From NCBI RefSeq assembly GCF_964355755.1, contig NC_092679.1:2944201-3008200 (forward strand): DNA of 64,000 nucleotides. The letters run 5' to 3'. Positions within the stretch are counted from its first letter, which is position 1, and the number at the start of each line of letters is the position of its first letter. A program made the position numbers and the translations under genes. Source of the DNA: Antedon mediterranea (taxonomy: Eukaryota > Animalia > Echinodermata). The notes below the pieces were generated by a model. The model was not told the origin of the DNA, ran no database searches, and worked only from the letters and a program-made list of their open reading frames with translations. This document shows positions 1 through 10,900 of the stretch, piece after piece.

Positions 1-1661
1 TGGGGACACTTTGTATACGGGTCCCTTACTAAATAATAGCAGTACATACTTTCTATAATGAACTTTAAGTATAGAAACCAGATCGTCTATCAGTAAAACG
101 TTCAATAAAAAGTGAATAATAGGTAGCATAGTACCTAAAGAATATAATCATTAGCAATCCACTGTACATTACAAATTGAGGTTCTCTACTGTAAATTATT
201 AGAAAACTTACTAATTTGAGTGAACAACAAATACCTAGGTATAATATATGAATATATTTTAACGACGTCATCTTCTATTAAAATGAGTCAGCAGCCTCTG
301 TAAGTCATTTTAAATTAGTATTTAATCAATGTATTTTGAAATTCTACTTAAATATATTATAGAAAACATTTAGTTTTAATGATTTGTGTTGACTAGTAAA
401 AAAATGTAATGACCCTTTGTTTGAAAATAATTGGCAGATTATTTTAGCATTTAGTTTGGACAACAGTTCAAGGAGATTTTGTAGGATTTGATATTCTGTG
501 TCATCAGTATGGGTCAATTCAAATTGTCTATGAAAGAAAATTTTTAAACATATTACTGTATTAAAAATATCATTCAACCTGAAATTATACCACAACATTT
601 CCATCGCTAAATTATGAATGAAAAAATTATCGATAATTGAGAAATTATGTTAAAAACTTTCAATATATTACTGCTTTTGTTTTTTTATAGTTATAAAATG
701 TATTGTATTTTGTGTTCTAAATACTTTGTTGAGGTTTCCACTAGTTGCAGTCAAAGTTCTTGTAAAGTTAAGGTATACTGTTATGAAGCCTTAAAATACT
801 TTGTTATCCAAAGGCTTTTGAGCCTTTCCATTTTCTCATCAAAATGGTTTCACTTGAATTCCTCATAAATAGTTGGCATTTTATTAGGAGACCACTACAC
901 CAATAAGAACAGTGTAATTCTTAGAATAAAGTCAATCATTATTGAGTAACTTATCCATTGTGCGTTTGGTTCCATGTAATGAACACATCGCACACCTATG
1001 TTTTAAGGGCATTTCTCAACACTGACCGCATAATTATTCCAAAACTATCACTTATTTATTTAGATGGAATACAGTAGATACAACAAAACAAATTTCAAAG
1101 ACGTGTGTTTGAGGAGTTGGCTATGTTCTTTTTCAAACAGTAATTGATTTTAATTAGTTGCGACAGATTCTATAATTTTAGGCAAGTAACCAATTTTAGG
1201 CAGGCAGTGAATTTTAATAGGTGTCAAGTAGTTCAGATTGTTGGTGGCGAATATTAGGAATTTACTTGAGCTGCATATATAAAGTTATCCAGTAAAAATG
1301 GTAATAAATTGCATATCATACATATCTATACTTGTTAACAATAAACATATTTAATTGAACTGACTAAATTATGTCAAACTATCCGGGTCAAAATATGGAG
1401 AGAAAAATGTACAATAAAGTGTACTAAAAAGACCAACCTAAATCATTGAGAAAAGGTTGATTACAGCATGAAAGTACCATAAAAAATGATTGAAAAGAAC
1501 AAAGGATATCTACAATATTTATTTATTTACTTGTGAAAAATTAAAATTAATTTGTTGCGTCAATTTATTGTAATTCTGTATGAGGGGTCAAGTGTACCTT
1601 GTTCTGTTTTCATACAAATATCATGTTCCTATAATTACCCTGAACAAGGTGTTTATTTACC

Positions 1662-1983
1662 TTCAAAAGTTCACAAATATGATATCCTCCAAGCCAGACA
1701 TCATAGTCTCTCACCTGTCACATTTATCAATTAAAGAATTTCTGGTAATTGAGTCTAGCTTATACATGCATATTAATGAGGTCAGAGGTTGAAAGAAAAG
1801 TAAAGTTCTTGAAGATGATTCAAAGTTGATAAATATGATATCCTCCAAGCTAGACATCATAGTCTCTCACCTGTCACATTTATCAATTAAAGAATGTCTG
1901 GTAATTGAGTCTAGCTTGACATGCATATTAATGAGGTCAGAGGTTGAAAGAAAAGTAAAAATTCTTGAAGATGATTCAAAGTT
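1662..1983 (+). repeat. ~156-bp tandem duplication immediately upstream of gene 1 ATG
   Basis: aaatatgatatcctccaagc...gaagatgattcaaagtt occurs at about 1675-1827 and 1831-1983 with few differences. Confidence 0.9.
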
Positions 1984-1995
1984 AAGAAGCATTCC

Positions 1996-4900
1996 ATGTC
2001 TAACGTGGCCTTCAAATCTTGGGGATTTATTTTGGGGAGCGTTTCAATATTTTTTGGTACGATATTTTATCGCGGGATGTCAATGGAGAATCAAGTGCAG
2101 GACTCGATAAACGCTATTTGGGCGGCCATTGCGGCATTAAACCGGAGGTTGTCTTCTCTCGAGGACCTAAATACTAAATTGTTAGAAGAAGCAACTGTAA
2201 GTTTTATTTACTATTTGTTATTAATGCACAAAACAACATTTGATTTCTCTTTTGTTTTATATCTTTAAAATTATAATTTTAACCTATTTAATTTTTTGCT
2301 AGAAATGTAAATTTTACATAATTATACACTTTTTAGATAATATATTGTGCAGTTGATGAAAAACATTGATTATTTAAAATACAGATAGTACCGGTACTGT
2401 AGTAATAATGACATCTGATTATATTTTTTACCAAAAAATAGAGCATTAAATTTGAAATTGCTGTAAAGTTTAAATTAAAACATGACCTTCCTCTAGCAAT
2501 ACTGTGATTATTTCTACTGAAACAACCCAAATTCATTTTGAAACATTTAAATTTTACCCTTATAATTTATATAGAAATATATTTTTAATCTTAATTTAAA
2601 ATTTTGTTTGATGAAGCATTAAAAATTGAAAGGGAATTAATAGAAGAATAATACAGTGTGCATTGCTTATTAGAACAAAGCACCAATTAATTAATTTAAT
2701 TAATTGCATCATAATATTTTCTTATTAACAATTCAGTTTAACCTTTATAATTATCTAATTACCATGATATAAATTTTTAATTTAAATTGCGTAATATTTT
2801 ATAAACGTCAAAGGAATAGTTATGTGTGTGTATGTATAGTAGCATACCAGAGATTCCATTTGATGAAAAGAGTTGACTTATCGAGTGTCTTCACGCATTA
2901 CTAAAAGATGAGTCAGTCATGTGACACACAAGACCAGAATGCATCAGCATGCGTGTCATATATCTTGTTACATTTTATCATAGCAGTATCTCATTGCCTA
3001 TTTATTTCATTACGTTGAAGGCTTCGTAAAGGTTAATCTATTAATATTATATTATTGCATATATTGTGTGTATTTTGAGCTTTAAATACTGAAGATGATA
3101 AACAAGTAGAGATTATATCTTTCTAAATACATTTTTACATTTGTTCGTTTATCTACTTATTGTAATACTAGATTAATCATGTATTTTTTTTTATATATAA
3201 TTGAATTCTTTTGAAGATTTTTAACAATTACAAAAGGCTAAAAACAAACAAACACCACAATAATCATGATAATGTGTCCTTTTCCCTAGAAAATGATTAT
3301 GATATTGATATCATCAGTAAATACAGTACAGTAGGCCATATGAAATAAAGGATTGAAATTAGTTAAAGTTAAAAAAGGTTTTCAAGAATAGGGATACCAT
3401 GAAGGTACCAACAGCAGATGATGAGATTAAGTGGCAATTGAGAGGGTTTAAAAATACAGTAACTGCTTACTCTATCATTGATCAACAATTTTCAAAAGAG
3501 ATAGTAAATTAATGTGATGGGGTAGGGATTGTAAAGATAAATAATAAAAAAGAAATATGGATATTAAATCCTTGTCCATCTTTAACATGTCACTGTGTAT
3601 ATAGCACTATGCACCCACTCTCCACCCGCCACACCCCAATTTCTCTTTTGAAATCTTGCAACCAAGTCTACAAGATTTCAATTCACCCATGTACAGTACA
3701 GTAGCTTGGAAGGGATGACAGTTGACCTTCATCTAGGCTAGTTTGCACAACACATTGGGTTAAACATCCTATTTTGCCAACTTCTTCCATTCTCAGTCAA
3801 GAAAACATGGATTACTAAACATACTTTCCCAATTAATGTAAAGATTGTGGCCTTAAAATGAATCAACATAGCAGTCTATTAACAACGCTCGTTGTTCAGA
3901 GGGTTTAATTAAATTCAGTACAATATCATGCATGTTAAGTTTAAAATATGAAATTTGTATTTAACAGGATTTAATTTGTGTTGAATTACACGCTAGACTG
4001 GGTACATAGCACGAGGGAATTCCGTAACATCTGTCTCTAATTTTACTGTATTCCTAATATTCATTTAAAAAAACTATCATCCGAAACCAAAATATTTTAT
4101 TTGAAAGTGCAGTATTGTCAGCAAACATTTTTAGGCTTTTTGGTATGAAGTAGTGGGAGGTGCTTTCCTTCTTTCTGTTTTTCATACAGTATGCATCTAA
4201 CAGCGAGTAACTTGCCAATTACACAATGGATAACCTATGTAATAATTTATCGTGCTTATAACCTAAGTCTCATCTGAGGCTTAGGAAGTGGAGTTGAAAG
4301 AGTTGCGAGTCACAACCCTGACACTACAGTAGGTCAGGATTGAAGCTTTGGATTGGAAGGCAAGCATGTAAACCACAAAGCTACAGTTCCACTACAAACA
4401 GTTTAATTAGGAAAAAACTTTTTGTAGTAGATATCAAATTTACCAATAATTTGCCATGTATTGTTAATATCTTTATGAATATTACTAATTCACAATGATA
4501 TTAATTATTCAAAGTGCAGTTAATACACTAAAAAAGCTGGTTGATATGATATAGTACACGTCTATTAAAACGCTAGTCTTTCATTTATTCTTGATACACA
4601 CAGATGGCCAGCATACCTAATGGTTATAGCCTAATGAATGTTTGGTGAATTATGTATTAAAAAATTCTCAACAGCAATGCTAAATAAAAACTGGGTGTTA
4701 CAGTATCATTTTATGAATTGGAAATGTAATAATAATGTAATAATCAGGAAGTATGTTTTGTTATAAAAATGTTTATTAAAATTGCAATCAATCATGTTGG
4801 ATCATAAGTAACATATAAATTAACAAAAATAATGATTTTAAAACATTTTTTATAGAAATTATATTATTTTCAGTAATATTCTATTATGACTGATAGTATA

Positions 4901-7900
4901 TTTTTTCTTGTTATTTAGGAAAATTGTAATTTATGTTTAATAGCTAATACTTGGACAAATTTCAAATTATCAATTTTTGCACATGTACTGTTTTTAAAAT
5001 TTCATACAACAATATTTTACGAGGGTGGTCCATCCAGTCGAAGCTGATCATTAGGGACCCTCATAAAAATACAATGTGACGAGACATAAACATGAAACAA
5101 TAAATATTGAATTGAAATAAATAGAATTTATAAAAATAAACAAAATAAAATAATGCACAACAAAATTTAGAATGAAAAATTATATAAATTAAATTTTAAA
5201 TTCCTTAATTTGTTTTGCAGAAATCCAAGGAAGAAGCAAAGGTTGCCGGAGGAGAAAATGGAATCCAAGAGAATGCAGTAGGAGAGGTTGCAACAAAGGT
5301 GGAGAATGACCCAGCAGCAGCAGCAGGTGGAGAGGCTGCATCACAGGTAAACAGTCTATGCTCATGCCTGCCAAGAATATTTAGAATTGCTACCTAAAGC
5401 TCAGTCTACACTATCAAAATAGTTTGACAAAAAAAGTGTGATGTGCCTAAATATGGTAGTGATGAGCCCACGATTGTGATGATCATCACTTTTTTTTGTC
5501 ACAAAGTTTGATAGTGTAGACAGAGCTTTAACTTGTATAAAGAGTCTTTTATATCTGTTCCGGCGCTCGAAAATCAACTTGAACGTCAATGTTTTGTTTC
5601 CACAACACTCCTTGCAGTTATGAGGCAATTAAAATATGCATAGCCGAGTGAAAATGAAGCATTGATGTCCAATTTGATTTGACGCATGCCAAAATAGGTG
5701 TGAAAGACCATTTAGCCAAGTAGAAGTCGTCTTAGGTTCTTCTTGCGAACAGCTACAGATATTAAAGAGATGTAATGAAAGTTTTTTAAGGGGTTTCATG
5801 CAAACATGATCCATAATTGTAGTTTTTTGAATTTTTTTTTTCAGTATTTAGAATTGACAAAATGCAAAACATATTTTCCAAACCTCCAAAAACTGATAAA
5901 CATTTGCATCCAATTCAGTTGGTATTAGGGACGTAGTTTGGTTGTTGATCATTAAAAATTGAATGCTGCCTATTAATGTCTTATTCAGCATAGAATCACT
6001 CACATTTTCTAATTGTACTTTTTGAAATTTTCCAAATAATTGGCCTCATTAACTGCACATTGTGCATAATTGAATAGCCTGTGTTTCTACTTTGCTGTTT
6101 GACATTAATTTGTAGTGAAGGTAATTTAAATTAATCAACCTTCCATCAGGGTCATTTTTCTTGTTATTTGTGGGTATTGCACTTAGTTGCCATAGAGAAG
6201 ATGCAATAGAAATGAATGTAAACAAAATTATATTTTGAGGATAAACTATAAACTGCCTAATAAACGCTACAAATGTCCTTTTTTATCTACTAGTAAAATT
6301 AGCAATACATTTAGCAACTGGAAATATGTGTGAAACATCTATTAGAATAAAATCTATCTATGAAAATTCTTTGTTTCCAGCAAAATGCAACAGAACCAGT
6401 GGCTGCAGATGTAAAGCCAGTGGAGGAGAAGAAAGAAGAATCAACTGAAGCTAAACCAGAAGCAGATGATTCACCAACAAAGACAGAGGAATCACCAGTA
6501 AAGGAAGAGGAATCACCAGCAAAGGCAGAGGAATCACCAGCAAAGGAAGAGGAACCACCAGCAAAGGAGGAGGAATCGCCAGCAAAGGAAGAGGAACCAC
6601 CAGCAAAGGAGGAGGATTCCCCGTCGGCAAAAGAAGAGGAGTCACCAGCAGAAGTAACAAAAGAGGAACCAACGGAACAAGCTAAAACAGATGATGTAAT
6701 AATAATTCATTATTTATTTATCTTTTTATGTATGGCATCAGCATTGTTTTTGTTGTTTAATAACACTTGAATGAACAATTAATTAATATTAATACTTAAT
6801 TTTTTGTATTTTTAGGAAAAGGTAGTGGAAATTCAAGAACCACAAACAATTGAGGAACCTGCTCCAGTCACTACAAAAATAGTTACTACACCAGCTGTAA
6901 CATCTGTATCATTGGAACAAAGACCAGAATCAATAGAGGCTGTAACAAAGGAGGAAACACACACATATGTTCCTCCAATCTTGGGCTCTGCATCAGTGGA
7001 ACAAAGGCCAATGTCAGTAGAGAATGTAACAGTAGTTGAAACTGTAGAAGAAGTTGCACCAGCTGAACCCACCCCAGTAGAAGAACCTACACCAGTAGTA
7101 GAACCTACACCAGTAGAAGAACCTACACCAGCAGAAGAACCTACACCAGCAGAAGAACCTACACCAGCAGAGGAACCTACACCAGCAGAAGAACCTACAC
7201 CAGTAGAGGAACCTACACCAGTAGAGGAACCTACACCAGTAGAGGAACCTACACCAGTAGAGGAACCTACACCAGTAGAAGAACCTACACCAACTGAAGA
7301 GCCTATACTGGCAGAACAAACACCAGTAGAAGAAGTTCTACCTGCCGAAGAACCGGCACAAGTAGAAGTACAGACACCGACTGAAGAGCCAGCTTTACCA
7401 GAACCTACAATGATCCCTGCTCTTGAACAGGTGACTGCTAATGAACCAACACAGATGGAAGAACCTAAATTAGTAGAACCTACTCCAGAACCAACAGAGG
7501 AACCAGAAAAAACTGCATCAGTAGAAGAAACAATACCAACAATAGAAATAGATGAATCTGGACCTTTAGACAATACTTCAGAAGACTCCATAGAAACACC
7601 TGCCACAGAGGAACCGTCCCAAACTGAACCAATTCCAGCTGAAGAATCAGCAACAGTAGAAGAACCAACGGAAATAGAAGAATCAGCACCAGTGGAAGAA
7701 TCAGCACCAGTGGAAGAACCAGCACCAGTGGAAGAACCTACACCAGTGGACGAACCTACACCAGTAGATGACCCTACACCGGTTTCAGAACCTGAACCAA
7801 CACCAGAGTTAATTGCTGTAGAAAATACAAATGGAGAAATTGACAAAAAACCAAATGACAAAGTTTCTGTGAACTTTATGTGGAATGAATCTGCAGATGT

Positions 7901-10900
7901 TGTAACTGTGTCTGGAAGTTGGGACAACTGGAGTGCCAAGACTCCCCTTGTTCATGAGTGAGTATCTCTATATTTAATTTGTGAATTTAAAGATTGAAAT
8001 ATTATCCAAATTTAAAAATTTAGAATTATGTTTTTGAAAGTACCTTGTCTCTGCTGTCATTTATGGTGAAGCATACGTTCAAACAAATCGTTCAATTAAT
8101 TCAGACTTTTTTGACTAAAAATGATTGATAATTCAAAAACTATGTTTTGTTGCTCATTTGTTGTTTTGCACTTATTTTTATATATTGTTTGTGTTTGCCT
8201 AATTTTATATTTAGTTGTAATCATTTGTTTGCATGTTCAATATTTTCTTCAGTGTTTTTTTTTTTAAAGCTGCAAATAAATCGTGTTTAATGCATTAATT
8301 ACAAGTGTACAAGAGTAAACAATTTGGCTTGTCTCTGCTCTTGGTTAAAAGAATACGCTGATAATGCTGTACTGTTACTCTGATTGCAGTAGACAATGTT
8401 CAACTGGTTAAGGGTTGTACAAAACCTAAACCAGGCCTTCCAAACTAAAACAAATAATCTGCAATGTTTTGATATACAAAAATATCCAAATAGTGCATAA
8501 CACTTCTATTTAGTCTTTACTACTAGGCCCATTTTGTTTATCAGAAATTTGGATAATCTGTTTACAAACAATGTTCAGCATATGGCACATGTTGAATGTG
8601 CCTCTCATAACAAGGCAATCTAACAACAGCATGCTGAGCTCCAGAGATCAAAGGATTTATCTGTGGCTGCAACATAATCAGTTCCACACCGCTTAACAGA
8701 TACCCTGTGCCACATAGAATATGTACAAAGTACAGTCCTGTTGGTATTTGTTGCAGCCAGACATAAGATCAAAGGACTGTTGCGAGTAGAGTTCCTATTT
8801 GGCAAGGCAAGCTCAGTGTCCTGTTGTTAGATTGCCTTGGTCATACCAATTGTTTACTGTAGATGCTGATGAATTTTATGTTTGAATGTATTTTTTAAAC
8901 AATGCTTTAATAAAGTATTTCCGAAAGTTCAATTTTCAAAGTTGGCAATGTGAAATATTCCATTGAATGTTCTATTCAAAAAAATTAAAAGCTAATAAAT
9001 TAATGCATTAAACAAAGTTATAGATATTGACTGACTTCAGCTTTTAGTAATAAGTTCTGCACTTCTCATTTTTGTTCAAGTTTTTATTTGTTATTTATAT
9101 TTAAAACTAAAATTTTAATCTAAAAACAACATTAACTGTTCAACTTTACATACAACAAATTAAACATTTCATATAACTTTTTACTAGAATCAATTCAACT
9201 CTCTCATAACTAATTATCTAATGAAAATTGCTGTTCTTAACATTTTTTTTTTTCATTTCGCCCAGAGTTTTGCTTTAAATCACAAATCAAAAACATTTTA
9301 ATAACACTGTGCTGTAATTTCACTAACTGTTCATTTGTTACGTAGTGGCATGCACCATCTGTCCACCATGATAGCTCTATCGCAAGGTGAATACGAGTAT
9401 AAATATATAGTAGATGGTCAGTGGAGATGCGATAACTCCAAGGTAATTAGCATACGCAAGACAGGATGTATGAGGGATTCAATGCCAAACAAAACTGAAC
9501 CTGTTATTGCGAAAAAAGAATTTAAATCTATGATGTTGTTTTACGATTAAACAAAAATGTTGTCATTAGTTTTCACATTAGGTTTCATGTTACAGTGGTT
9601 TTATGGAAAACGAAAATTTGGCAAAAGTCCAGTTTCAGTTTTGTTGGCATTGTTTCCTTTTAAAGCATGAGGCATGAAATGTGCATCCTCTCCTTACGAA
9701 TGGGCATTTTTTTTTTTTTTTTTTTTTTTGTGTATATAATAATGAATAATAACCAATTGGGTTCATGGACCCCATTTTTTCCACAGTGAGGGTAAATTTA
9801 TTTTGAGTATTGATTTAGCGGAGGGTGAATACAACTACAATTTCACTGTTGATGGCGAAACAAAGGTAGACACTGATCAGGTGAGGGAATTGTCCAATGA
9901 CGATTCAGTATTTCATCGTTTTCCATAGCATGCATGTTTGAAACTTCCTTATGGCATTTTGTTTAGTCTTGTTCTGATGTAGCATGTTTTGTTCATTTCT
10001 TTTGTAGTGCAGTAGAACTCCTCTAAAGAGAACTCCTTCAGAACAATTCTTATTTAGGAGACTTCTTCAAAAGACAATAAAAGTGTCCCCTTAATATGGG
10101 CTGGCGAAGTGTAAAAATAAAACATATATCGAAATGATATTATATATCATTTCACAGAAAAGTATCCCCTTAATGGGAGTGTCCCCTTAATGGGAGTGTC
10201 CCCTTAATGGGAGTGTCCCCTTAATGGGAGTTTCCCCTGAAATATGTACTGACAGAAATGTTAAAATGTTTTGTATTCATTTTTTATAAAAGTTTCCCAA
10301 AAGAGTTCTACTGTAGATTTTTAATTTAATATTAACTTTACATTATTGACTTTGCATTCTTTATCTCATTCGAATTTAATACAAATTGTTTATTATTATA
10401 AAATCAATTTTATCATGATCAAAAATACATTTTAACAATGCTTTTGATTACATTTACTTTATAAAGCTCTATAACTATCAAACTTTATGTGACAAACAAA
10501 ATGTTATGTGCCCAAATATGGAAATGATGATGTCTCATATCACTACCATATTTGGACATATCACTACCATTTTTGGGCACAAATTTTGTTGATAGTGTAG
10601 ACATACCTTAACTTCTATTTAGAATCAGTTTTAATGTTCCTTTTAGATTTAGCAAATCTTTTCATTTCTTTTGTTGCTTTTCTAACTACATGCATCATAC
10701 TCCTTACATCGCTGTTGTGATAGTTCCAAGGACTACACCAATCAAAGTTTTGTGCATTTTGTAAAAGCCAAATACAACACAATTTTCGTTCAGATTTTTG
10801 TACAAAATATCCTCCACTCTGTCTTTTTGAAATATGATATTTGAAACAGAAAGAATTGAAATTTTTTTTTTTTATTCTGTAAAAGTTTTGGCAACAGAAA

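Noticed and set aside
283-305. Alternative first coding exon MSQQP with gtaagt donor at 300
   Set aside because: Phase 2 does not match the phase-0 acceptor at 5221 and no bridging exon could be supported.
65-1800. Short AT-rich ORFs in the track here and throughout the introns
   Set aside because: No homology, splice-phase support or coding composition.
2110-2135. LIR/AIM motif (WAAI) supporting a glycophagy receptor role
   Set aside because: It lies in a predicted amphipathic helix without the usual adjacent acidic context. No convincing LIR was found in the linker, so the STBD1 analogy rests on architecture only.
7858-7878. PP1 RVxF motif (KVSVNF) in gene 1
   Set aside because: Spacing does not fit [RK]x(0,1)[VI]x[FW] and it is the first beta-strand of the CBM.
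6833-7939. 368-aa minus-strand ORF (GVGSST repeats) and neighbouring shadow ORFs 6451-6672, 7014-7319, 7480-7725
   Set aside because: Antisense shadows of the E/P/T-rich repetitive exons; the + frame has splice sites and CBM homology.
9346-9880. Exons 5A and 5B as tandem constitutive exons of two CBMs
   Set aside because: Phases are incompatible (immediate TGA) and there is only one copy each of the flanking N- and C-terminal CBM exons.
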